Shown: positions 25,200 to 35,346 of the stretch, in pieces | How positions within the stretch are numbered: position 1 is the first letter of the stretch | How the letters are laid out: every line of letters starts with the position of its first letter | Source of the DNA: Candidatus Altiarchaeota archaeon | Lineage (GTDB): Archaea > Altiarchaeota > Altiarchaeia > IMC4 > QMZM01 | Assembly (NCBI GenBank): GCA_016931955.1 | Contig: JAFGDV010000041.1 | Location: 1 to 35,424 of the forward strand | DNA: 35,424 bases | Reading direction: 5' to 3' | Notes under the pieces: generated by a model | Told to the model about the DNA's origin: nothing | The model's database searches: none | Seen by the model: the letters and a program-made list of their open reading frames with translations, nothing else | Program-made: the position numbers and the translations under genes

Positions 25200-26426
25200 A
25201 TGACTGAAGGTAGTGAGAAACTTGGGGAGGAAAAGAAGGAGGTAGCAGCGGATAAGCAGACGTCTGTTATCTCGTCGAAACCTTTGAATGATATTGTCTT
25301 GGTTGGTTTTGCGTGTTTTGTTTTCGGGTTCCTTGTTGGCGGCATGCTTACTTCGAACTTTTTCGGCGGCGGCTCTGGTGTTACGACAACGCTGCCGGGT
25401 GTGACTACTACTATTCCATCATATTCCAAGTTGAATGTCGTGGTCTTGAACGATAAACGTTGTTCTCAGTGTGTTTCTGGGATGCAGTCTCTTTTAGCTC
25501 AACTTGAGACGCTTTTCCCTGACATGGAGGTGAAGAGCCTGGATTATGGTTCCTCTGAGGGTAAGCAGTTATATAATTCACTCAGCCTGAAGTATCTTCC
25601 AGTGATATTGTTTGATGAGCGTGTGGAGGAAGCCGACAACTATGATACTGTTAGCGGTTATCTTGAGCAGAAGGGCAGTTACCTCTCCCTTAGGATTGGG
25701 GCTGACTTCGACCCTAATGCGGAGATCTGCGATAATGGAGTGGATGATAACGGCGACGGCAAGGTGGACTGCGATGATCCAACCTGTGGCAGTGAGTGGG
25801 TCTGCATGGAGAAGCTGGAGAAGCCCGTCGTTGAACTATTCGTAATGTCGCATTGTCCCTATGGTACGCAGATGGAGAAGGGTATTCTTCCTGTAGTTGA
25901 ATTACTGAAGGACAAGATAGATTTCACGGTAAAGTTCTGCAGTTATGCGATGCACGGTAAAACTGAGCTGGATGAGCAGCTCACTCAGTATTGCATACAG
26001 AAGGACTTCAATGACAAATATCTCTCTTATCTGAGGTGTTTCCTTGAGGCTGGAAAGTCTGCTGAATGCGTCGAATCAACTGGGGTAGATAAGGCAGCGC
26101 TTGCTTCATGCATCTCTGCCGCTGATACAGCATATAAGGTCACGGAGAAATACAACGACAAGAATACTTGGCTGAGCGGTTATTACCCGCTTTTCCCAGT
26201 CTACGACGACGACAACGAAAGGTATGGGATAACCGGTTCTCCGGGTCTGGTGATAAATGGAGTCGTCGCTAGGGCGAACAGGGATCCTGCAAGTCTCTTG
26301 GAGGCAATATGCCTAGGCTTTGAGAATCCGCCAGAAGAATGCAGTCAGACCTTGTCTTCCACCACGCCAAGCGCGGGCTTCGGCTGGGAAGGCAGCGGCT
26401 CAAACACAGACGCAAGCTGCGAATAA
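25200..26426 (+). CDS. Membrane-anchored exported thioredoxin-fold (DsbA/GILT-like) protein with a Cys/Asp-rich linker; start reassigned to MTEGS
   Basis: N-terminal TM; CSQC...YLP; EICDNGVDDNGDGKVDCDDPTC; FVMSHCPYG...GITGSPGLVING. Confidence 0.75.
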   Translation: MTEGSEKLGEEKKEVAADKQTSVISSKPLNDIVLVGFACFVFGFLVGGMLTSNFFGGGSGVTTTLPGVTTTIPSYSKLNVVVLNDKRCSQCVSGMQSLLAQLETLFPDMEVKSLDYGSSEGKQLYNSLSLKYLPVILFDERVEEADNYDTVSGYLEQKGSYLSLRIGADFDPNAEICDNGVDDNGDGKVDCDDPTCGSEWVCMEKLEKPVVELFVMSHCPYGTQMEKGILPVVELLKDKIDFTVKFCSYAMHGKTELDEQLTQYCIQKDFNDKYLSYLRCFLEAGKSAECVESTGVDKAALASCISAADTAYKVTEKYNDKNTWLSGYYPLFPVYDDDNERYGITGSPGLVINGVVARANRDPASLLEAICLGFENPPEECSQTLSSTTPSAGFGWEGSGSNTDASCE

Positions 26427-26455
26427 ACATCAGATGGGAACAGGGGGGTAGTAAA

Positions 26456-28084
26456 TCATCCAGCTTGTCTACCTGAGTAAAGAATCTTTTGGGTTAATCC
26501 TATAAGCCATCTTGGCATATCCATTCGCCTCATAGCCTCGAGCATTATGTCTATGTCTTCATTTTCTAGTGCTTTCAAGAATATCACGGACGTAAAGTAG
26601 ATAACTCCTGTAATACAAAAAAGGCCGCCGATGATGCATAATTTCAGGAATTTTCTGAGGATATCCATCATGACATCGCCGGAGGCGAACACTGGTATGA
26701 ACTCAAGGAGGCCCCCGATGAATGGTTTGATGATAATAAGGGATATGAGTGTTATTAACCCGGCAATCAGTTGTCTGCTAATGTTTTTAGGGATTTTAAT
26801 ATAAGTTGTTCTTCTAATAGAGAAAAACAATAGAGCCATCAAGGTGAATGATGTGAGGGATGTAAAGGCTGCTCCTTCCATTCCGTAGAGGGGGATAAAA
26901 ACAAGGTTCAAAGAGATATTGACTAATGCCCCGAACCCAACCACCTTAAGTGAAAAATCGAGTTTTTTCATTGCTGAGAGAGCATATTGGATGGGGTTAG
27001 AGAAGGAATATATGAACAAACCGATGGTGTATAGTATCAAGGCAAGATATCCCTCTCTGTAGGTGATGCCGTATATTATCGTCAGCACTTCCCTGGAGAA
27101 GACAAGAATCATCAAAAGCACGGGTGTTGTTGATAGGAGCATCCACCGTATGAAGACCGTCGATGCCTTCTCTATCTCTGCTGTGTTTTTTCCCCCCCAG
27201 AATTCCGTGATCATGGGATAGAATATCCCTCCAATAGACGCTGTGAATATGGTTATCAAGCTGCTGAATCCAATGACTACGGAATATATGCCTATTACAT
27301 GGGTGTTTATCTCTGCCGGGAGGTAGTATCCCAGCATTATCCTGTCGAATTGTGAATTTATCACGGCCATCGATGCAAGGGTTACAAGTGTCAGACCGAA
27401 GGGGATCATCTCCTTTAGAATTCCGTAGCCGTCAACTTGCTCATATGACTTAGGCAATCTCTTGTATTCTCTGATCACCCAATACCAGCTCACGATTGCT
27501 GCGAGAGCGAATGAAGCAATAAAGCCCAATGCTATGCTATTGGCCGTTGCACTGATGGCTAATATCAGGAGTATTGTTAGAACGAGTTTTGCAACTCCCT
27601 GGAGACTGCTGACCTGTGATGAGAGTTTTATGAGTTTTCTGCCGTTTAGGAAGTTTAATGAGACCTTGTAGAAGTTGTAGACTATGATGTAAACAGCCAT
27701 GATGTAAAAGACTGATGAAAGTCCAGGTGTTTGGAAGAACTCTGCTAGTTCTCCCGCAGACAAGAAGACGGCTGATGCACAGACAAGGGAGAAGATACCT
27801 CCAGCGATCACTGCTATGTGGACTACTTTTCTCACGTGGTTGAACTGTTTTTTTCCAGCATAGAATGGAACATATCTGCCCACGCCACCAGCCCCAAGCC
27901 CCAAACTGGAGAAAAGAACCACTATGTCTATGATGCTGAGGGCGAGGAAGAAAATGCCTATCTCCACAGTGGAGACGAGCCGCGCAAGTGCTACGTAATA
28001 GAACCAGCCGGCGAACTTGACAACTAATTCCGCTATGAGCCCCCAAGCGGTTCCCTTAGCAAGGGTTTTTGCCGTTGTAGACAT
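26456..28084 (-). CDS. Wzx/AglR-like oligosaccharide flippase (MOP superfamily)
   Basis: Multi-TM; LAR.....G; D..MLG....G.Y; N..LN...IP.YG..GAA. Confidence 0.9.
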   Translation of the reverse strand: MSTTAKTLAKGTAWGLIAELVVKFAGWFYYVALARLVSTVEIGIFFLALSIIDIVVLFSSLGLGAGGVGRYVPFYAGKKQFNHVRKVVHIAVIAGGIFSLVCASAVFLSAGELAEFFQTPGLSSVFYIMAVYIIVYNFYKVSLNFLNGRKLIKLSSQVSSLQGVAKLVLTILLILAISATANSIALGFIASFALAAIVSWYWVIREYKRLPKSYEQVDGYGILKEMIPFGLTLVTLASMAVINSQFDRIMLGYYLPAEINTHVIGIYSVVIGFSSLITIFTASIGGIFYPMITEFWGGKNTAEIEKASTVFIRWMLLSTTPVLLMILVFSREVLTIIYGITYREGYLALILYTIGLFIYSFSNPIQYALSAMKKLDFSLKVVGFGALVNISLNLVFIPLYGMEGAAFTSLTSFTLMALLFFSIRRTTYIKIPKNISRQLIAGLITLISLIIIKPFIGGLLEFIPVFASGDVMMDILRKFLKLCIIGGLFCITGVIYFTSVIFLKALENEDIDIMLEAMRRMDMPRWLIGLTQKILYSGRQAG

Positions 28085-28155
28085 ATAATCTAATAAGGTG
28101 TGTTTGGTAATAAACTCTTCAGCTATTTAACAAGAAATTCGAAATAGGTGATATC

Positions 28156-30084
28156 ATGGTCAAGATAAGGGCAATACCTCGGCGGGAGTTTGATAGGGTT
28201 GAGAAATCCCACCTGAATGAATCGCAAAAACTCAGGCTAATAGCTGACATGTGCAGGTATAATGCATTGAATGCGGTTAAAAAGGCCGGATCAGGTCATC
28301 TTGGGACAAGCTTCAGTGTTATGGACATCCTTGTATACCTCTATTTTTCGAAGATGAACATCCGCAGATTAGGCTTAGAGCATCCTGACAGAGACATATA
28401 TCTGCCATCCAAGGGACATGATGTTCCAGCACAATACGCGGTTCTCTCAGCATTGGGTTTCATACCACCTGAAAAGCTTTTTAAGCTGCGCAAGCTTGGC
28501 GGATTAGATGGGCATCCTGACGTCAGGGTGCAAGGTATAGAGATGAATTCCGGATCACTTGGCATGGGCGTTTCGAAGGCGAAGGGCTTCGCGTGGGCTA
28601 AGTCCAGAGGCGGCAGAGGCGGCAGAGTGTATGTCTTAACCGGAGACGGAGAACTGCAGGAAGGCCAGATCTACGAGGCCCTGCAGACCGCAGTCCACCA
28701 GAGACTTAACAATATACAGGTCATCATTGACCACAACATGGTTCAGTCAGACAAGCCAGTGGATAAGATAATAGACCTTGGAGACCTGAAAAAGAAACTC
28801 GAATCCTTCGGGTTTTACGTTGATGAATGCGATGGACATGACTTTGTAAAAATAAAAGCCGCTTTGGAGCGATGTGATGCGGTTTCGGATAAACCCAAGA
28901 TCCTGATAGCAAACACTGTAAAAGGGAAGGGCGTTTCCTTCATGGAGCACCCACAGGCTTTGAAGGAAGGCTGTGGGACTTATAGATGGCATGCTGGGGC
29001 TCCAGACGATGAATCTTTCGTGAAGGCATCGGAAGAAATACAGTCGAGGCTTAATAGCATGTTTGCATCCGCGAAACTTTCACCTCTGAGAATAGAGCTT
29101 GTTGAGGACTTCCTGAAAAAACCTTCCGGTGTCACCTCTGAGAGGATTGTTGAGGCTTACGGTAAGGCTCTTCTGGATGCAGGCAAACGCAGGAAAGACC
29201 TTGTTGTCTTGGACGCGGATCTTGCATGTGACTGCCAGATCAGGCAGTTTGAGTTAGAGTTTCCCGACCGTTTCATAGAAAACGGCATTGCTGAGCAGGA
29301 CGTGGTCTCCATGGCTGGGGGTCTTGCCCTCAGCGGCTTTCTGCCTGTAGTGAACAGCTTTTCGACTTTCCTGGCTGCCAGAGCCAACGAACAAATCTAC
29401 GCCAACGCGACCGAGAAGACCAAGATAATATATGTCTGCCATCTTGCAGGCCTCATACCTGCGGGTCCGGGCAGATCCCATCAGGGTGTGCGGGATATCT
29501 CCCTCTTCCAGGCGCTGCCGAATATGCTGATTTTTGAGCCCTGTAATTCCGCCGAAGCGAAGATGGTGTTGGATTACTGCGTGGACGTTGCCCAGGAAAG
29601 CTGCATGATCCGTCTGGTTATCTCTCCTTCGCCGCGGTTGATTGAATTATCAAGCGACTATGTTTTTTCCTTTGGCAGAGGCGCTGTCTTGAGGGATGGC
29701 AGGGATGCTGTGATATTCTCCTATGGTCCTGTGATGCTTCATGAGGCATTGACTGCTTCGGAGCTCCTCGAGAAGGAAGACGTTTCCCTTAAAGTAGTCA
29801 ATATGCCTTGGTTGAATCGCATAGACCTTGATTGGTTTACTGGGGTTGTCGATGTTTGTAGTCACATATTTTCGTTGGATAACCATATGGTAAGCGGTGG
29901 CTTGGGTGATTTCCTGCTGGATTCCGCTAACAAGGCAGGCCTTTTAAGGGATAAATGCTTTGTTAAGCTTGGTCTGGAGGACTACCCCGAATGCGGAATG
30001 CCCCAGGAGGTGCTTAGACATCATGGGCTTGATGGCGCAAGCCTGGCTTCAAAGATAAAGGAGATATTACCCAGTAAGTGTTGA
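28156..30084 (+). CDS. Single-chain transketolase/DXS-like ThDP-dependent enzyme
   Basis: SGHLG; SKGH; GHP; GSLGMG; GDGELQEG..DHN; T.KGKG; GIAEQ. Confidence 0.9.
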   Translation: MVKIRAIPRREFDRVEKSHLNESQKLRLIADMCRYNALNAVKKAGSGHLGTSFSVMDILVYLYFSKMNIRRLGLEHPDRDIYLPSKGHDVPAQYAVLSALGFIPPEKLFKLRKLGGLDGHPDVRVQGIEMNSGSLGMGVSKAKGFAWAKSRGGRGGRVYVLTGDGELQEGQIYEALQTAVHQRLNNIQVIIDHNMVQSDKPVDKIIDLGDLKKKLESFGFYVDECDGHDFVKIKAALERCDAVSDKPKILIANTVKGKGVSFMEHPQALKEGCGTYRWHAGAPDDESFVKASEEIQSRLNSMFASAKLSPLRIELVEDFLKKPSGVTSERIVEAYGKALLDAGKRRKDLVVLDADLACDCQIRQFELEFPDRFIENGIAEQDVVSMAGGLALSGFLPVVNSFSTFLAARANEQIYANATEKTKIIYVCHLAGLIPAGPGRSHQGVRDISLFQALPNMLIFEPCNSAEAKMVLDYCVDVAQESCMIRLVISPSPRLIELSSDYVFSFGRGAVLRDGRDAVIFSYGPVMLHEALTASELLEKEDVSLKVVNMPWLNRIDLDWFTGVVDVCSHIFSLDNHMVSGGLGDFLLDSANKAGLLRDKCFVKLGLEDYPECGMPQEVLRHHGLDGASLASKIKEILPSKC

Positions 30085-30090
30085 AGTAAG

Positions 30091-30894
30091 ATGGCTGCGA
30101 AGTTGATGAAGTTGGTGAGGGGGGAAGTGCCGTTTGTTGTTATCCTAGATAAGCTTGGAGTAAACAAATTATTGAATCTATTTGGAATCGAGGTCGTGAG
30201 AAAAGGCTGTATGTATTATAAATACTACTGGGAGAGGGCTTACAAGAAAATTGATCTGAAGAAGATACCTGTTTTTTCAGAAATTGCCGCGCATGTGATT
30301 GCGGATAAAACAACTTACATGGACTATGATCGCCTGTATACTCTCTGGCAGTTTGTCAATTGCATCGATTCAGACGAGCAAGCAATTGTAGAGGTCGGGA
30401 CTTACTGGGGGGGTTCTGCGTGGTTTATCGCCGAATCCCTGTGCAGGGTTGATAGGAAAAACACCTTTTTTGTATTCGACACATTCGAAGGCCATACTGT
30501 AGTCGATGAATCTGTTGACGGTGAGCATAGAGTCAAGGAGGGGTTTTCTGATGTCTCATATGAGAAAGTAAAGTCTTATCTCTCTGTTTTCAGTAACTTA
30601 GTCCTTACAAAAGGGGATTTCTTGAAGACAAGCAACTTACTGGATGACGTGAAATCATTCGCTCTTGTGCATATCGACGTTGATGTCTATCCTGTGACAA
30701 AATATTGCCTGGAATTCTTCAAAGACAGGATGATTACTGGCGGAGTGATTATTGTTGATGACTATGGGTTTACGACTTGCAAGGGCGCTAAAAAAGCAGT
30801 CGACGAATTTATCGGCTTAAGGAAGGACTTTTTTATGTTCCACCTGATGACCGGTCAGGCGGTTTTAGCGAAGCTTGGAAGTGATGTCGATTAG
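30091..30894 (+). CDS. TylF/MycF/NovP-family sugar O-methyltransferase
   Basis: EVGTYWGGS; FDTFEG; HIDVD.Y; GG.IIVDDY. Confidence 0.88.
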   Translation: MAAKLMKLVRGEVPFVVILDKLGVNKLLNLFGIEVVRKGCMYYKYYWERAYKKIDLKKIPVFSEIAAHVIADKTTYMDYDRLYTLWQFVNCIDSDEQAIVEVGTYWGGSAWFIAESLCRVDRKNTFFVFDTFEGHTVVDESVDGEHRVKEGFSDVSYEKVKSYLSVFSNLVLTKGDFLKTSNLLDDVKSFALVHIDVDVYPVTKYCLEFFKDRMITGGVIIVDDYGFTTCKGAKKAVDEFIGLRKDFFMFHLMTGQAVLAKLGSDVD

Positions 30895-30896
30895 AT

Positions 30897-32501
30897 ATGA
30901 AAATATTGTGTTTGATATTGGCTCGTGGAGGATCTGAGAGAGTCCCTAAGAAGAACATAAAAATTTTAGGGGATAAGCCGCTAATTACTTACACTCTAGA
31001 GTGCGCAAAGAAGTCGAAGTACATAGATAGGATAATCGTCTCGACGGATAGTGATGAGATAGCGAGGGTTTCCACAGATTTTGGTGCAGAAGCCCCCTTC
31101 AGGCGGCCGGCGGATATATCCAAGAGCGATTCTACTGAACTGGATGCATTCAAACATGCTCTTTCCTGGCTTAAAGAAAACGAAAGCTATGTTCCAGATA
31201 TCATCGTGAAGCTTTTTCCGACGTCTCCTTTCAGGAAAGCTGAGACCGTAGACAGAGCAATAGAGCTGCTTATGAGCCGCCCGGATGCAGACAGTGTCCG
31301 CTCTGTTCGCCTGTGTACTGAACATCCCCACAAGATGTGGCGGATAGACCAAAATGGTTTCCTTGAATCTTTTGTGCCCTTAGATGAGAAGCTACCTGAG
31401 GCGCACACTCTAGCGTATCATCTCCTACCTGAAGTGTACATACAAAATGCGTCGATTGACGTGACGAAGCCCTCTAATATCTGGAAGAAGAATTCTATCA
31501 CAGGTACAAAGATCCTGCCATTAGTCATGGAAGAATATGAGTCATTAGATATAAACACACCACTTGATTTTGAGTTGGCAGATTACTTAATAAGTCTTTC
31601 TACTACTCCCCTGGAAGCAAGGATTATCGGTGAGGATCTTGAGGAATATGCTCGATATCTTGACTTCTATGTTAACGAATGTATAGTATGTGGTTCCAGT
31701 AAGACATCTAAGTGGGCAGAGTACGGTTCCTTCAAAGCCATCAAATGTGACAGGTGCGGGATGATATGGATTAATCCAATGGTCAACCCTGACGGCGTTG
31801 AAAAATACTATCAAGATTATATAGGGATGCGTTTTGAGGATAAAGATAAGACCTTAAAGAGAAAGGCGCAATACGAGATTGATAAAGACTACATACAACA
31901 GCATATAATGTCCGGTAAGGTTTTGGACGTTGGTTGTTCTGGAGGCTTCTTTCTTGAGACTTTAAGTAACAAATTTGAAAAATATGGTGTGGAGATAGAC
32001 AAAAAGGCGGTCGAATTCGCCAGAGAAAATTACTCCTTTGGTTCAAATGTTCGTGCTGTGCGCCTTGAGGAAGCACCTTTTGAAGACGCAACATTCGATC
32101 TTGTGATTATGCGGGGGGTGATTGAGCATCTACATGACCCTTCTACTGCTATTGCTAAGATCTCTTCTCTGCTAAAAAAAGGCGGTTTTTTCTACGTGGC
32201 TGCAACACCTAATTCCCTTAGCTTCTCAGCTGACTTCTATAGGGAAAAATGGAATCAATTCCACCCAATACGGCATTTATACTATTTCAGTGTGGAGACT
32301 CTTCCTGCTTTGTGCAGTCGATTCGGCCTTAAATTGTTGTCTTATCGTCTCCCTTACCTTGAGACGCCGTATTGTTCTGTTGAGGACGATATTAAGCGGG
32401 TGGAAAAGGACATTAGGCTAAAGTCCATTGGACAGGTGGATAAGATAGGTCGCAGTCAGGCTTTTTGGGAGAACATGATGAATATTGTCTTCGTAAAGTA
32501 G
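30897..32501 (+). CDS. Fusion: acylneuraminate (CMP-ulosonate) cytidylyltransferase + Zn-ribbon + class I SAM methyltransferase
   Basis: ARGGS.RVP.KN, VSTD, PTSPFR, QNASI, DI.T..D; CIVC/CDRC; LDVGCSGG, VIEHL.DP, HLYYFS. Confidence 0.88.
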   Translation: MKILCLILARGGSERVPKKNIKILGDKPLITYTLECAKKSKYIDRIIVSTDSDEIARVSTDFGAEAPFRRPADISKSDSTELDAFKHALSWLKENESYVPDIIVKLFPTSPFRKAETVDRAIELLMSRPDADSVRSVRLCTEHPHKMWRIDQNGFLESFVPLDEKLPEAHTLAYHLLPEVYIQNASIDVTKPSNIWKKNSITGTKILPLVMEEYESLDINTPLDFELADYLISLSTTPLEARIIGEDLEEYARYLDFYVNECIVCGSSKTSKWAEYGSFKAIKCDRCGMIWINPMVNPDGVEKYYQDYIGMRFEDKDKTLKRKAQYEIDKDYIQQHIMSGKVLDVGCSGGFFLETLSNKFEKYGVEIDKKAVEFARENYSFGSNVRAVRLEEAPFEDATFDLVIMRGVIEHLHDPSTAIAKISSLLKKGGFFYVAATPNSLSFSADFYREKWNQFHPIRHLYYFSVETLPALCSRFGLKLLSYRLPYLETPYCSVEDDIKRVEKDIRLKSIGQVDKIGRSQAFWENMMNIVFVK

Positions 32502-32549
32502 TTTTTAAAATTAAATCATAGTCTTTTTATTTGTAAAGGCAAAAACAAG

Positions 32550-33872
32550 ATGAGAAAACTCATAGTCGTATCGTCTGATCTTTATGTTAGGAATTTCATT
32601 GATACTGGCGCGTTTTCTGCGATAGAAGACGAAGACACCTATTATCTAGCGTCGGAACATGTTAAGCACGTGTCAGAACTAAGAAGCAAAAAAAATTTCC
32701 TAGGTTTGGTAAAAGAGCCTGGATGGCGGCTGTTCTTGAATAACCAATTGCTTTTATTGCTGACTTTTTTGAACAAATCAAAATCTTCTTCTTTCAGGCT
32801 GAGAATCCGTCGTTTTCACCCGTTTATTCTGTTAGTATATAATGTACTAGGCTCAAGGTTCTTTGGAAAACCTGCTTTGTGGGTTTTGATGAAGGCGTTG
32901 GGTACGAACAGAGAACTAAGCAGGATAGTTAAGGAGCTGAAGCCGGATATTGTTCTGATACCCTCATCTGCTACTGACTCACTGGGAACTGATGCGACTA
33001 TTGTCTGCAAAAAAATCGGCATACCATGTGTGCATCTTATCAATGGATGGGATAATCTTTCGAGCAAGATAGTCTATCCTGTAAACCCTGATTACCTGTG
33101 CGTCTGGGGCCCTCAGAGCGTTGAACACGCTGAAAGGATACATGGCATAAGACCGGAAAAAGTCTTCCCCATCGGGGTGCCGACGTTCGACCACTATTTC
33201 AGGTTGAGGGATAGGGAACTAGAATCCCCCCACCCATTTAAGTACGCATTATTTGCTGGTTGTTGCGTCGCATTTGATGAGATCTCAGCACTTCAAATCC
33301 TAGAGCGAGCGATAGAGAGATCAGGGATCAAGGGTTTTAAGGTAGTCTATCGACCCCATCCCTGGCGGCATCGAAGGTCTTGCTTTGATGAATTCAGGCA
33401 AGAAAACTTCAAGCATGTCATCTTAGACGAGCAGATAAAGGAAAGCTACCTTAGATCCAATGCATACGTTAGTCCAGCGGATTTTCTGCCATCGCTCGAC
33501 TACTACCCCGCACTGCTAAAAAATGCGGAGTTTGTCATATGCCCCCTCTCCACCATGACTCTTGAGTCCGCGATATTTGAGAAACCAACCCTGATCATCG
33601 CATACGATGATGGGATTCATGTGACAAGCCCACACAATCTATTCAACTACGAGCACTTCAGGGGTATAGAAAAGCTGGATGGAATGTCTCTGTGCAAGAC
33701 AAAAGAAGCATTCGAAACACTGTTTCTCTCCATGTGCAAGGACTACGTGGGATCGAATCCGCCCAAGACAAGGATAAGGGAGCAGATAAAATACTACATA
33801 TACTATGATGACTCGTCTTATGCTGAAAGGCTTAAGAAAGTCGTCGACTCCTTACCCATTAGTCGTCCTTGA
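32550..33872 (+). CDS. Putative GT-B/CDP-glycerol-transferase-like glycosyltransferase (possible CMP-ulosonate transferase)
   Basis: WDNLSSK, CVWG, G.P.FD, YRPHP, ST..LE....KP; position downstream of the CMP-sugar synthetase. Confidence 0.6.
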   Translation: MRKLIVVSSDLYVRNFIDTGAFSAIEDEDTYYLASEHVKHVSELRSKKNFLGLVKEPGWRLFLNNQLLLLLTFLNKSKSSSFRLRIRRFHPFILLVYNVLGSRFFGKPALWVLMKALGTNRELSRIVKELKPDIVLIPSSATDSLGTDATIVCKKIGIPCVHLINGWDNLSSKIVYPVNPDYLCVWGPQSVEHAERIHGIRPEKVFPIGVPTFDHYFRLRDRELESPHPFKYALFAGCCVAFDEISALQILERAIERSGIKGFKVVYRPHPWRHRRSCFDEFRQENFKHVILDEQIKESYLRSNAYVSPADFLPSLDYYPALLKNAEFVICPLSTMTLESAIFEKPTLIIAYDDGIHVTSPHNLFNYEHFRGIEKLDGMSLCKTKEAFETLFLSMCKDYVGSNPPKTRIREQIKYYIYYDDSSYAERLKKVVDSLPISRP

Positions 33873-35343
33873 ACTGAGAGTTCTGGCTGATATTGCTGTA
33901 GTCTAAGTATATGGTCTTCCATTCGCTGAAGACATCCATTGCCTGTGTTCCAGGTTCCCTCATTCCGTTGCCAGAATCCTTCAAGCCGCCGAAGGGCATA
34001 TGCACTTCAGAGCCGAAAGTGGGGGCGTTGATGTAGCAAACGCCAGCCTGTATAACATCCAAAGCATTCAATGCGTCATCTATCCTGTTAGTGAAGACGG
34101 AGGCAGTCAAGCCATATGGTGAGTCATTGAGCAGTTTCACTGCTTCAGTCAATGACCTGACTTTGAAGACCGCAAGCACGGGCCCGAAGATCTCCTCCTG
34201 CGCAAGCCTGGACTTTACATCGACTTCTGTGAAGATGGTGGGCTCGAGGAAGTTACCTTTTGTGTATAAGCCGTCAGCTAGGATTTTTCCGCCGTAGACT
34301 AGCTTAGAGCCTTCAGCTACTGCTTCGTCGATATACTTTTTTATGTTTTTCAGCTGTCTTTCGTTGATTATCGGGCAAATCTTTGTTTCCGGATCAGTTC
34401 CCGGGCCGATCTTCATCTTTTTTGTCTTCTCGATCAGTTTATCCATGAACTGAAAATAGACTTTTTCATGAGCAAAGACTCTGCTGGTTGAAGCGCATCT
34501 CTGGCCTGCGGTGGAGAAGGCGCCGGAAGCCACAGCTTGGGCTGCGACTTCAAGGTCTGCGTCGTCCATTACTATGAGGCCGTTTTTGCCTCCAAGCTCG
34601 AGGGAGCACTTTTTAAGCCTTCTACCGCATTCCTCTGAGATGGCTTTACCCACTTTGCTCGAGCCGGTGAACGAGATGAGGTCTACGTCGTCGTTTACCA
34701 CAAGCGCTTCGCCGGTCTCCGGGCCTAGTCCGTAGACTATGTTCACAACGCCGTCTGGGAAACCAGCCTCCTTTATGATCTCGCCGAGCAGGTGCGCTGT
34801 AAGCGGTGTATCCTCTGAGGGCTTCACTATCGTTGTATTACCACAGATCAGTGCGGGGAAAAGCTTCCAGGTTACTATGGCCATGGGAGCGTTCCATGCA
34901 GTTATTAAGCCGCATACTCCAACAGGCGTTCTCTTTGTTAAAGCCCACCTCTTATCCAGTTCCGAGAAAGTGGTTTGACCGTAAAGCCTTCTGCCTTCCC
35001 CGGCCATGAAGTAGGCAACGTCGGCGCTCGACTGGATGTCTCCAACCGCTTCTGGCATGGTCTTCCCCATCTCCCTTACGATCACCTTAGCCAGCTCTTC
35101 TTTCCGCTCGATGAGTAATCTTCCGGCTTCAAAGATCAGGCGGCCTCTTTTCGGTGGAGTCGTCTTCGACCACCCGGGAAAAGCCTTCTTAGCAGCTTTC
35201 ACTGCAAGGTCGATGTCTTTTTTTCCCGACTTAGGGAACAACCCAATGATGTCTGTTCTATCGGCCGGATTTATGTTCTCGAAGTATTCATCTGTTGAGG
35301 GTTTTATCAGTTTTCCGCCTATGAGATTGCAGTATTTTTCCAT
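33859..35343 (-). CDS. NAD(P)-dependent aldehyde dehydrogenase
   Basis: ITAWN.P; KPSE; FTGS; LELGGKN; GQRCAS; EEIFGP; PFGG.K.SG. Confidence 0.95.
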   Translation of the reverse strand: MEKYCNLIGGKLIKPSTDEYFENINPADRTDIIGLFPKSGKKDIDLAVKAAKKAFPGWSKTTPPKRGRLIFEAGRLLIERKEELAKVIVREMGKTMPEAVGDIQSSADVAYFMAGEGRRLYGQTTFSELDKRWALTKRTPVGVCGLITAWNAPMAIVTWKLFPALICGNTTIVKPSEDTPLTAHLLGEIIKEAGFPDGVVNIVYGLGPETGEALVVNDDVDLISFTGSSKVGKAISEECGRRLKKCSLELGGKNGLIVMDDADLEVAAQAVASGAFSTAGQRCASTSRVFAHEKVYFQFMDKLIEKTKKMKIGPGTDPETKICPIINERQLKNIKKYIDEAVAEGSKLVYGGKILADGLYTKGNFLEPTIFTEVDVKSRLAQEEIFGPVLAVFKVRSLTEAVKLLNDSPYGLTASVFTNRIDDALNALDVIQAGVCYINAPTFGSEVHMPFGGLKDSGNGMREPGTQAMDVFSEWKTIYLDYSNISQNSQFKDD

Positions 35344-35346
35344 TAC

